64,000 nt of DNA from Mustelus asterias. Its lineage: Eukaryota. The DNA lies in the NCBI RefSeq assembly GCF_964213995.1, contig NW_027590138.1, positions 620,001-684,000 on the forward strand, read 5' to 3'. This document shows, in pieces, positions 37,401-49,258 of the stretch. Below the pieces are notes generated by a model, which was given only the letters and a program-made list of their open reading frames with translations, did no database searches and was not told the origin of the DNA. The translations under genes were made by a program, and so were the position numbers. The stretch's first letter is position 1. Every line of letters starts with the position of its first letter.

Positions 37401-38298
37401 CTGGATGAGGAAGTGGAGGGATGGGTTGGTAAGTTTGCCGACGACACGAAGGTTGGTGGTGTTGTGGATAGTTTGGAGGGATGTCAGAAGCTGCAGTGTG
37501 ACATAGATAGGATGCAAGACTGGGCGGAGAAGTGGCAGATGGACTTCAATCCGGATAAATGTGTAGTGGTACACTTTGGCAGGTCAAATGGAATGAAGGA
37601 GTATAATATCAAGGGTAAGACTCTTAGCAGTGTCGAGGCTCAGAAGGACCTTGGAGTCCGGGTCCATAGGGCTCTTAAATCGGCCTCACAGATAGAGGAG
37701 GTGGTTAAGAAGGCGTATGGTGTGCTGGCCTACATCACTTGAGGGATTGAGTTTAGGAGTCGGGAGATAATGATGCAGTTTTATAAGACCCTCGTCAGAT
37801 GTAGAAATTATTGAAAGGGTGCGCAGAAGATTTACAAGGATGTTGCCTGGATTGGGTGGCATGCCTTATGAGGATAGGTGGAGAGAGCTCGGTATTTTCT
37901 CGTTGGAGAGACGAAGGATGAGAGGTGACCTGATAAAGGTGTACAAGATGTTGAGAGGTATAGATCGGGTGGATTCTCAGAGGCTTTTTCCCAGGGCTGA
38001 AATGGCTGCTACGAGAGGACACAGGTTTAAGCTGCTGGGGAGCAGGTACAGAGGAGATGTCAGGGGTAAGTTTTTCACTCAGAGGATGGTGGGTGAGTGG
38101 AATCGGCTACCGTCAATGGTGGTGGAGGCAAGCTCGATAGGGTCTTTTAAGAGACTTCTGGATGAGTACATGGGACTTAATAGGATTGAGGGTTGTAGGT
38201 AAGCCTATATATAGGCCAAGGTAGGTAGGGACATGACCGGCGCAACTTGTGGGCCGAAGGGCCTATTTGTGCTGTAGTTTTTCTATGTTCTATGTTCT
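34420..38298 (+). mobile_element. Near full-length CR1-type LINE (ORF1 with Zn-finger/GDS esterase-like region, ORF2 APE-RT), inactivated
   Basis: CSQCRMW and LIGDSTVR in ORF1; NARS, AITETW, FADDTK in ORF2; multiple stops/frameshifts; (CTATGTT)n tail. Confidence 0.9.
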
Positions 38299-39331
38299 AA
38301 ATACATTTATGTTCCCGCTGAAACCGTCTATTCCATCCTCAACGGAAGTTATCACTCAGAATGCATCCAGCACCCATCCAGGCTTGCCTTTCGGATTACC
38401 CTGGATATCATTGATATAAAATATCCAAGGAGAGGCAGTTGTATTGGCGGGAAGAAAAATGTTTAAATGGCTCAGGTTTAAGATGATTTGCTCCAGTTTA
38501 GAGTGGCCCCGGAGTAGCGTCAGTGTTACCTGGCAAGTTGCAATGTTTCAGGAGCTGCCCATTAATTAGGGCGGGGGAACTGGTTCCATAGTGATTTTCA
38601 AAGGAGAGACAGTTCAGTGTTGGCAATGTCTGCATTGTAAATGCTTTGTGCCAATTGTGGGAAGGTGGGAACAAGTCGGGAAAGACTTTGACTGATAAAA
38701 TCTCCCAACTAGGTAAAACAGAAGGTTTATAGGATTATCACGACATCGGACTTCTTCTCCATGGTCGCTCCTATCCTGCTCGAACAGTATATGTTGAATT
38801 ATTAGTGGTTGACGGAAGTCGATGCTGGACTATGGGGAGATGGTGGCCCACTGTATTGTCACTGGATCAATAATTTAAAGACCCAGGTTACTGATTCGGG
38901 GAAGAAATGTCAAATCTGATCAAGGCAGTTGGTGAAATTTGAAAACAATAAAATAAAATCTAATGACGACCATTGTCGATGGCTCTAAAACCCCATCTTG
39001 TTCATTAATGCGGCTTTGCGGAAGGAAATGTGCCGTCCTTACCTGGCCTGGAATAGACGTGACTCAAGATACAGAGTAATGTGGTTGAAACTGCAATGTT
39101 TCTGGTCAATGGCAACACTCAGAATTTTTCAGGTATGAAAGCAGCATTTTAGAAGCATCTAGATGAACTCTTCAAATCTTTTATATACAAGGCAATGGAC
39201 CAAGTGCTGGAACACGTAGCTGTTTGATGGCGAAGACAGACAAAAATGGATGAAGGGCTGTAAAATTCCATGGCCTAATGACTAACTCACCAGCTCCCCT
39301 TTCAATTCGGCCATGGGACATTAAACGCCTA

Positions 39332-40698
39332 ACATAGAACATAGAACATAGAAAGCCACAGCACAAACAGGCCCTTCGGCCCACAAGTTGCGCTGATCAT
39401 ATCCCTACCTCTAGGCCTATCTATAGCCCTCAATCCCATTAAATCCCATGTACTCATCCAGAAGTCTCTTAAAAGACCCCAACGAGTTTGCCTCCACCAC
39501 CACCGACGTCAGCCGATTCCACTCACCCACCACCATCTGAGTGAAAAACTTACCCCTGACATCTCCTCTGTACCTACCCCCCAGCACCTTAAACCTGTGT
39601 CCTCTTGTAGCAACCATTTCAGCCCTTGGAAATAGCCTCTGAGAGTCTACCCTATCCAGACCTCTCAACATCTTGTAAACCTCTATCAGGTCACCTCTCA
39701 TCCTTCGTCTCTCCAGGGAGAAGAGACCAAGCTCCCTCAACCTATCCTCATAAGGCATGCCCCCCAATCCAGGCAACATCCTTGTAAATCTCCTCTGCAC
39801 CCTTTCAATGGCTTCAACATCTTTCCTGTAATGAGATGACCAGAACTGCGCGCAGTACTCCAAGTGGGGTCTAACCAGGGTCCTATAAAGCTGCAGCATT
39901 ATCTCCCGACTCCTAAACTCAATCCCTCGATTAATGAAGGCTAGTACGCCGTACGCCTTCTTGACCGCATCCTCCACCTGCGAGGCCGATTTAAGAGTCC
40001 TATGGACCCGGACCCCAAGGTCCTTCTGATCCTCTACCCTGCTAAGAATGGTACCCTTCATATTATACTGCTGCTTCATCCCATTGGATCTGCCAAAATG
40101 GATCACTACACACTTATCCGGGTTGAAGTCCATCTGCCACTTCTCCGCCCAGTCTTGCATTCTATCTATGTCTCGCTGCAACTTCTGACATCCCTCCAAA
40201 CTATCCACAACACCACCTACCTTGGTGTCGTCAGCAAACTTACCAAACCATCCCTCCACTTCCTCATCCAGGTCATTTATGAAAATGACAAACAGCAAGG
40301 GTCCCAGAACAGATCCCTGGGGCACTCCACTGGTCACTGACCTCCATGCAGAGAAAGACCCCTCCACAGCCACTCTCTGCCTTCTGCAGGCAAGCCAGTT
40401 CTGGATCCACAAGGCAACAGCCCCTTGGATCCCATGCCCTCTCACTTTCTCAAGAAGTCTTGCGTGGGGGACCTTATCGAACGCCTTGCTGAAGTCCATA
40501 TAGACCACATCCACCGCTCTTCCTTCGTCAATGTGTTTGGTCACATTTTCAAAGAACTCAACCAGGCTCGTAAGGCACGACCTGCCCTTGACAAAGCCGT
40601 GCTGACTACTTTTGATCATACTAAACTTCTCTAGATGATCATAAATCCTGTCTCTCAGGATCCTCTCCATCAACTTACCAACCACTGAGGTTAGACTA
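39332..40698 (-). mobile_element. CR1-type LINE 3' part with an uninterrupted 422-aa RT frame
   Basis: ORF 39417-40685 with [10 protein letters not shown] and FADDTK; closely similar to 36990-38298 in inverted orientation. Confidence 0.92.
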
Positions 40699-41729
40699 AC
40701 AGAGAAGACAAACTATTTTGTATCATATCTAAAAGTGGATGTGTGAGATTGTATAAGTTCCTCAGTTTTGTCATTGGAGCAGTGGGATTGGGCTGGAATC
40801 CCCAACGATTTCGAGATGATAACCTTACACAAAATTAACCAGGAGAAATGAGGTGCGGAAGTTGATCATTACTGAGACAGAAGACAGCTGAAACCTGCCA
40901 TGTGTACAGAAAAACATGCATTGTCGCCACTTCTCAAACCTCCCTCGACAGTATTTTAAATCCCACGAGCTCTACCTTCTTGAAGGCCAGGGCCAGCAGC
41001 CACATTGGAATCACCATCGCCTGGAAGTTGTTAAGGTGTCAGAGAAAACAAAACAAGTATGTTACGAATCCCATATGTTAGGTTATGACTAGACCTCAAC
41101 CGTGTTTCAATTTTGACATTAGTGTGAGGATAAGGTGTTTCGCTCCAGGTCTGATTCCATTGACACACAAGGAAGCGCTTATCAAAACTAACTTCATTTA
41201 ACAGTACAGTTTGACCATAACGAACGAATTAGTTTCACTTTTCCCAATTGAAATGCTTAGCTTAACAACATGCAATTCATAGCCGCTAATTCATCCCTAT
41301 CAGTTCAAATTCAAGCAATATTCCTCTGATCGACTTGGACTCCTCTTCAAAATCAGTAACAATCCCCTGCTTATGCGCTTGGACTTGTTAAAAGTCCTAA
41401 AACACCTCTGGAGAGAGAGGCAGACAGAGAGACTCCTGTCTTCTGCCAGCCCCACACAGCAGCCTTCAGAGAGAGAGAGAGATAGACAGAGAGGGAAAGA
41501 CCTCTTTCTTCTTTCAGGACCAAGCAGAAACTGACTGTTTAAAAATAAAATAAAGCATTGTGTTTTCCTTGCAAGCCCATTCACATGACCCTGCCTCTGC
41601 CAATCAACCCAATCAAAGCCCTACTCTGAAACCACAGGGGAAAAACCAAAATAAACAAAAATGCATTAACTCAGATTAAAATAAACACATACTTAGCTAA
41701 AATGAATCATTTGCCTGTATTAACAGTAT

Positions 41730-42807
41730 TCTCTGGGTTGGCCATAGAAGAGCGAGGATAGCGGTGGAAGGGTGTTTCTTTCCGAATGGAGGTCTGTAGC
41801 TAGTGGTGTTCTGCAGTGATCAGTGCTGGGACCTCTGCTGTTCGTAATATATATCTAAATGGCTTGGAAGTAAACGTAGCTGCTCTGATTAGCAAATTTG
41901 CGGATGATACTAAGATTGGCAGAGTTGTGGATAGTGATGAAGATTGTCAGGGAACACCACAGGATATAGACAACCTGGAAAAATGGGTGGCGATCTGGCA
42001 GATGGAATTTAACCTGAACAAATGCGAGGTGATGCATTTTGGTTGATCCAATTGAGGTGGGAGCCATGAAATAAATGGCAGAACCATCAGGAGCATAGAC
42101 ACACAGACAGATTTGAGAGTAAGGTCCACAGATCCTTAGAAGTGGGAGTACAGGTGGAAAAGGTGGTAAAGAAAGCATATGGCATGCTTGCCTTCATCGG
42201 ACGGGGCATCGAGTATAAAAGTTGGCAAATTATGTTACAGTTGGATGAAACTTTGGTTCGGCCACATTTTGAATAGTGTGTCCAATTCTGGTCACCACAC
42301 TACCAGAAGGATGTGGAGGCTTTGGAGGGAGTGCAGAAAAGGTTTACCAGGATGTTGCCTGGTATGGACGGTATTAGCTATGAGGAGAGATTGAATAAAC
42401 TGGGATTGTTCTCCCTGGAAAGACGCAGGCTGAGGGGCGATCTGATAGAAGTTTATAAAGTTATGGAAGCTATAGATAGAGTGAACAGTTGGAAGCTTTT
42501 TCCCAGGGCAGAAATGACAATTACAAGGGGGCAGCAAGTGCAAGATAAGGGGGGAAAGGTTCAGTGCAGATGCGTGGAGGAAGTTTCTTACACAGAGGGC
42601 GGTGGGGGTCTGGAATGCATTGCCATGTGAGGTGATTGAGGCAGTCACTTTAATAACATTTGAGACATATCTTGATAGGCATATGAAGAAACGGGGAACA
42701 GAACGATATAAGCGGTTGGTCTAGATAAGACAACAGGATCGGCACAGGCTCAGAGGGCCGAAGGGCCGATTGCTGTGCTGTACTGTCGTTTGTTATTTGT
42801 TCTTTGT
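41730..42807 (+). mobile_element. CR1-type LINE 3' fragment (possibly nested in an LTR-like element 41060-42908)
   Basis: KFADDTKIG and VQKRFTRMLPG motifs; flanks begin TGTTACGA and end TCGTTAC. Confidence 0.8.
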
Positions 42808-44754
42808 GCAGACAAATCGGCCCCCGTAAAACAGAGTTGAATTTTAAACATACCTCTTACAAGAAACATGATAGAAATTAATTTCTTAAAGGCACAGTAT
42901 CGTTACTTGTTCCCCTCCAAATCGCTCACCATTCCAACTTCTAAATGTATCACTGTTTCTTAACTGTCGCGGGACGAAAATCCTGGAATTCTCTCCCTAA
43001 CAGCACTGTGGGTGTAAACATCAGAAAATTAAATCTAATGGTGACCCAATTTGATTGCTACCAAAACCCACCACTTTCACGGATGACCCTGTGGGGAAGG
43101 AGACCTGCTATCTCTACTTAATTTATCCTGCTCGTGACTCAATATCCACAGCAAGTGATTGACTCTGGAATAGCCTCGCAAAACATTTATTTGAAGTGAT
43201 GGGTAACAGGTAAGAAATCCAGAGAGTTTTTCAGGAGAAACTATATTGCACAATGAGTGTTGAAAACGTGGAACTTCCTCTCACAAAACGTAATTTTGGC
43301 CAATTCCATGAATATATTCAGGGGAAGTAAGAAGCACAGAAGGGCAAGTGAAGATTAGAATGATATAGGTGTGAGAGAAAGGCGGGCGAGAAGCGGCTCT
43401 TGTGGGGCATCGACAGCAGCATAATATTTAGTACCTGCCCTTACCCTTTCAGCGCGTCGAGGCTGCTGCGCCATTTAACATGAGTGTGGTTGATCCGTGA
43501 CTTCAAGCCTACCGCCCTGTTCGTTACTATATCTCTGAATCCACCTAAAACACATTGATTTACGTTTCAGATGCATTCAACAACTGAACAGGCATAGTTC
43601 CCTGGCGGTGGACAATAGAAAGCGCTGTACATCCCCTTCTAGCTTCTATGTGCCCCCTCACAGCTTGTATTCCCATCTGTCCTTGTAAAATGTACAAACC
43701 CAGATATATTATCATCTCGCTTTTCGTGTAGCTCATTGATGGAGAATGCAACTAGCCTTAGCCATGAGCCTTAATGCACACTGACTAGCAGCAATGACCA
43801 ATGTTAACATCTCCCGTTCAAGGGGAGGTGGACACGTCGCGGTAAAGTTACTGGTTTAATAATCCTGGGACCCCAGATCATTCTCAGGGGACTTGGGTTC
43901 GAGCCTCAACATGGAAGCAGATGGCGAAATTTCAGTTCAATAAAAATCTGGAATTAGAAGTTTAATGATGACCATGAAAGCATTGTTGATTTCCTTTTTT
44001 AAAAAAAAAGCAATCTGCATTTTAGAGAAGAGTATCTGACATCCTTCCATCGCTTGGGCAACATGGGACTCCAAAAAATGCCCCGACAGGGTCTTGAAAG
44101 GCATCCTGTTAAAAGGGAGGGGGGGGGGAGCAACAGGTGATGGGCAATAAATGTTAGCCCAGACAGCGACGTCCACATTCCATTAATGAGTTAAAAATAT
44201 CCATGCTCTGATTCTGCCCATTACCCTCGCCGTGCTAATATTTGGCTGCCAACTGTACTGTCACTTGTCTTGCCTATTGACATCGTGTTTGCTTGTTTAT
44301 TGAATGTATTTTTGGAAATTCAAGTCTACTGCCTCCACTTGATCTATTTTGCGACTTGCAAACTCAAAGGTATTAATGCGTTCCTCAAAGTGAATTGCTT
44401 TTCGTAAAACCTGATGGACCAATCTATGATTTTCGAGGTGCTTTATTTAGACTGCCTCAATAACAGATTGCAGCTCTTTCCCGCCGGCTGACGTGAGGCT
44501 GAAGGAAAAAAGTTGTACAGTAGTTCCCTGTTTCCTCCCTTTCCCCCTTCATTCTTTACGAGGAGTTTCAATAGCTGCATGAGTAAGAAAGAGACAAATA
44601 TAACGTTGTGTTGGACGGTTTGATGAAGGAGGTTCAGAAATGTCCGTTGGCCTTTAACAATGATATGGATCAGCTAGTTCGAATGTCATGTACAATTTAT
44701 GCAATTGTCTGGAAAGTACAATGTATTTAAGTGAACTTGTAACTTGTAGGTTTT

Positions 44755-44925
44755 TGTAGCCTAGATTCTGGGTTCCATTGAAATAGGTAACACAAACATG
44801 ACTTTGCATTTCAGACAGGTTCCTAACATTCGAATAGAACACAGCAATGGATTCATTTGCACACTGAAGTAATACTTTTAATATTCTCTGGTCGTAACCT
44901 GGCGACAAAGATTCATGGAGTCAGA
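44755..44925. repeat. Inverted repeat, left arm
   Basis: Reverse complement of 47638-47810; 44765-44823 is an exact 59-bp match to 47741-47799. Confidence 0.9.
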
Positions 44926-45619
44926 CTCTGTCATTGTGAAATCTATTGGTGGGTTATGTAGCTCCTCAGCCTGGTGTTAAGTGTAATTCTACTGTGACGC
45001 TTTTATATCGCAAGTATCCATTTAATTATGACGAATGGAATTTTCAATGGAAAGTAGGACAGGAAGTAGCACATCTTGCATTTAGAATTTCTGCATCCCC
45101 AGTATCTCGAAGGGGATGGCAAAAATAAATTTTGCATCGGTTTGTCACATTACGTGTAAAAAGAGATTTTTAACAATCCTCTATTTTGTCCGCTATTCAA
45201 CTTCATTTGTGTGTGGAGATATCCCCATGCCTTTGTTACCTCTGGATTCGCCTTTCAAGTTTTATATCCCACATTCCTCACTGCATTAACTTCAGTTGGT
45301 CCAAACTATAATATCCAGAACTTCACTCCCTCCAAGTCTGGCTGATCTCGGGCAGGAGGTGCCGTAGTGTCACGGTCAGGTTGCTGTATTAGCGATTAGC
45401 CAGAGCCACGGGCTCTCTGCACGTGGGTTCAAATCTCACCATGGCAAGTTATTTGAATTGCAACTCAAGTCATAAACTTGGAAGGGAAGGTTTTGTACTC
45501 AGTCATGTTCACTGTGAATCTGGTTCAATTATTCCTTTTAACGTTATCTACCAACCTTACGTGGTCTGACTGCACATCGACAGCAATGGACAGACCTCTG
45601 GATTGACGTAACAATCCGA

Positions 45620-46030
45620 TTTGATTTGATTTAATTTGCTTTATTATTGTCACAGATATTAGTACACAGTGAAAAGTATTGTTTCATGCATCATATGCAA
45701 ACAAAGCATACAGTTCATAGAGAAGGAAAGGAGACAGTGCAGAATGTATTGTTACAGTCATAGCTAGGGTGGAAAGAAAGTTCAACTTAGTGCGAGGTAA
45801 GTCCATTCAAAAGTCTGATGGTGGCAGGAAAGAAGCTGTTCTTGAGTCTGTTGGTATGTGTCCTCAAACTTTTGAATTTTTTTCCCGACGGAAGAAATTG
45901 GAAGAGTGTACATCCGGGGTGTGTGGGGTTCTTGATTTTTGCTGGCTGCTTTTTCGAAGCAGCGGGAAGTGTTTCAATGGATGGGAGGCTGGTTTGCTTG
46001 TCCGACTGGGCTTCGTTCACGGACCTTTGT
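45620..46030 (-). mobile_element. Rex1/Babar-like LINE 3' end
   Basis: RTHTNRLKNSFFPATIRLLN C-terminal motif; the same tail also occurs at ~1075-1240. Confidence 0.6.
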
Positions 46031-46581
46031 AGTTCGAATCCATTCAGTTCAGTGCAATTAGGGATGTCATACTAAGTAAAAACAAAACTATATTGGCTTC
46101 TGGGTAAACATCAGAGTTCCCGTCATTCTCATAGTTGCTCTTTTCTCCATCTTTGTAACCTTCTCCAACCTGTATGCCTTTCAGTCTGTTGTTGCTCCAG
46201 TTTTGGCCTTTTGAAAGTGCCCCAAATTCCTTTGGGCCCCTCAATCCGCGAGCGTGCCTTTAAGAGCCTTGTTCCTGAGCTGGAGAATTCTCTACGTTAA
46301 CCACTCACCGCCGCCCCCGTCCACCCACTCTGTTTACCTACCTCCATTCCTTTAATAATGTTCCTGAAAACTTACCTCACCTTCAGCACATCCTGCTGGT
46401 CATCTAACCCCACAGTTTTTCTGTGCAAAACATATTTTTCGCCAGCGCTCGTGTGAAATCCCATGGACCGTTTTACTCGGGCTTTATCGGAGTGGAATTG
46501 ATAGCTGCATTTATCAGCGAGATTCTGCTCTAGCAGCTGAAGTTATACATCTGACAGCAGCAGCAGCAACAGCTGCTGACG

Positions 46582-46665
46582 AGTTTTTGTACTGGCATGT
46601 ATCACTGTGGGGGAGCTACGTGGGACCACAGTAGCTGAATCTCCCTCAACGCCCGTACAATAACC
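46582..46665 (+). other. TCR delta-type D segment (coding 46610-46626) with 12/23 RSS
   Basis: AGTTTTTGT-12-CACTGTG / GGGGAGCTACGTGGGAC / CACAGTA-23-ACAATAACC; open in all three frames. Confidence 0.93.
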
Positions 46666-46847
46666 TCCCAGCCTCACAGGAGTTCACCAACCTCTCTCAA
46701 TAGCACCCCTCTCAGCCCACTCCCCGCCGCTGACTCCCAACCCCACCGTGATGTTGACCGAGTTTATCCTATTACTGGTCTGACCCAGCCCTAATCAAAT
46801 CAGTCGGACACACGACAGAGAGAAAGAGTGGTGAACGGGACCCCAGT

Positions 46848-46935
46848 GGATCTTGTTACGGGATCAAACTCTGTGCAACATATGAAAAGGCTAAGCTCAT
46901 CTTTGGCAACGGGACCAGGCTGATTGTGGAACCCA
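46848..46935 (+). CDS. TCR J segment J1 (coding 46876-46935)
   Basis: GGATCTTGT-12-CTCTGTG; TYEKAKLIFGNGTRLIVEP; GTAAGT donor. Confidence 0.92.
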
Positions 46936-47637
46936 GTAAGTAACTAATCCTGGATAATGTTCTCTCTTCATGTTATTTTGCCCCCTGTGACTTAATTGAG
47001 ACATACAATTATTTTAATGATCATTGTTGTTTTATGGATGAGCAGGGATCTTTGGGAATTTGAAGCGTAGCTTGACTGGGCATTGAGATTTTCCGAAGTA
47101 TTTTCTTTAAACATTTAACTGGCCTCTATCATGACAACACAAGTGTGCTGCCAACAGGGAGATATGTCAATGATCTGGCTGTGTGTAGTACAAGTAAGTG
47201 ACACCTCGATAGATAGCTGGAAGATACTCACCACGATAGAGTCATAGGGTCATAGAAGGAGACAGCACTGGAAAAAGCCCTTCAGCATAATGAGGGGCAT
47301 AGATAGAGAAGACAGGAAGATAATTTTCCCTTTACTTGAGAGAGCAGAGAGCAGCCAGGGGCATAGATTTAAGGTAGGGGCAGGAGATTTAGAGGGGATG
47401 TGAAGAAACCATTTTGACCCAAAGGGTGATGAGCGTCTGGGACTCACTGCCTGAAATGGTGATGGAGGCCGAGACCCTCACAACATTTAAGAAGTATTTA
47501 GATATACATTTGTGATGTCATATCATACACGGCAATGGGCCAAGTGCTGGAAAATGGGATTAGAATAGTTATTTGGTTTGTCTTTGACTGGCGGAGACAT
47601 GATAGGCCGAAAGGCGTTTTCTGTGCAGTGGACTTCT

Positions 47638-47810
47638 CTGACTTTATGAATCTTTGCCCTCAGACTATGAATAAAGAATATTTCAAATATCACTTCAGTG
47701 TGCAAATGAATCCATTATTGTGTATGAATTCTAGTGGTAGGGAACCTGTCTGAAATGCAAAGTCATGTTTGTGTTACCTATTTCAATGGAACCCAGAATT
47801 AGGACTACAA
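47638..47810. repeat. Inverted repeat, right arm
   Basis: Reverse complement of 44755-44925. Confidence 0.9.
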
Positions 47811-48245
47811 TCATCTATGCAGCCTTCTGGCATCAAAATCACAGTTCTAAGTTACACTTATAAAGGTGGGGTGAGTTGGGATTGGGGGGAGGGGGTGGGT
47901 TGGGGCTCAATGGTGTAGATTTCCTTTAGTTCCAATTCTGAACGAAATCCCAAAAGCAGCATTTTTGTATGGATTTGAAAATTCCGTTCGAAAGTGAGCC
48001 ATGGAATTCTCGACACGTGTTACCTCGCTTGGATGTGTACATTGAGAACTCCCAGCCAGTCACGCTCTGACTTATTTTCCTGGGAAATTAAGAGATGGAT
48101 GACTTGGAAGATTGTAAAAGTTTCTGATTAACTTTTGATCCAAACAAACTGCAGGAAATAGTATTCTGTAGCGAGACCTGCTTAACTGCCCTGAGCAATG
48201 ACTAAAGCCCTTTTTGAATTTTGGCATGCATGCTCCCTGTCTTTG

Positions 48246-48337
48246 GGTTCTGACATGGAGAGTAATCGCAGTGTACGCTCGTGCTTCTTACAGACCATTA
48301 ATATGCGGTGGTGGAACCAAATTGAGCGTGGAGCCAA
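48246..48337 (+). CDS. TCR J segment J2 (coding 48274-48337), CGGG in place of FGXG
   Basis: GGTTCTGAC-12-CGCAGTG; YARASYRPLICGGGTKLSVEP; GTGAGT donor. Confidence 0.8.
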
Positions 48338-48366
48338 GTGAGTAGAATCTATTGGCATCAATTACG

Positions 48367-48700
48367 GGTGGCACGGTGGCACAGTGGTTAGCACTGCTGC
48401 GTCACAGCTCCAGCAATCCAGGTTCGAATCCAGGCTTGGGTTACTGTCTGTGTGGAGGTTGCACGTTCTCCCCGTGTCTGCGTGGGTTTCCGCCAGATTC
48501 TCTGGTTCCTCTCACAGTCCAAAGATGTGCGGGCTATGTTTATTGGTCATGCTGAATTGCCCATTAGTGTCAGGGAATGTGTAGGTTAGAGGGATTAGTG
48601 GGATAAATTTGTGGGGATAGGTCCTGGGGTGGGATTGTTGTCAGTGCAGACTCGATGGGCCGAATGGCCTCCTTCTACACTGTAGGGATTCTATGATCTA
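48367..48700 (+). mobile_element. tRNA-derived SINE (HE1-like)
   Basis: GGGTGGCACGGTGGCACAGTGGTTAGCAC head, GGTTCGAATCC B-box, CR1-like tail. Confidence 0.85.
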
Positions 48701-49167
48701 TGAATTTGAGAAGATTCATTTTGCACTCAGAAGTTTTTGGCCTCATTGCAAAAGTGGGGAGAAAATTTGCCATTGTGACAAACGAACCTGATGAATTATA
48801 CAGTGATGAAGGAATGTGTCCTTTTCCACTTGCACATAAAGAAGTTCCTCACACAACTAAGTATCTCACACGTACCAACTATTGATACCACAATACTTCA
48901 AAGAATAGTGATCCAACTTTTTTTAAAAAAAGAAAACAATATTTCCTAATGCCAGACTGATTCCGGGATAGCAGGATTATTAGCTTTGTTTCTCTCTCTA
49001 CACGTGCTGCCAGACGTACACAGTTTATCCAGAATTGTCTCTTTCTAATTTGCTATTTAATCGGTCGCACCTGTTTTGAGGGCAGATCGGTCATAAAATT
49101 ATGCTAAGAGCATGTACTCCCCAGGGTTTTGAAATAGCTGAAGTCTCTGTGGCCTGCCCCAGTGGAA

Positions 49168-49258
49168 GCTTTCTGCTTGGGCAATAGTCACTGTGTGTAT
49201 ATTGCTGATAATGAAAAACTGATATTCGGCAGCGGCACCCGACTGCAGGTTGTGCCAA
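49168..49258 (+). CDS. TCR J segment J3 (coding 49196-49258)
   Basis: GCTTTCTGC-12-CACTGTG; YIADNEKLIFGSGTRLQVVP; GTAAGT donor. Confidence 0.92.

Noticed and set aside
39417-40685. Domesticated reverse transcriptase gene
   Set aside because: 5'-truncated CR1 copy with near-identical decayed siblings nearby; the open frame reflects young age
30746-46580. Additional D segments dedicated to the IgH-like V
   Set aside because: Isolated heptamer-like words lack correctly spaced nonamers on manual reading; a computational RSS scan could still find weak ones
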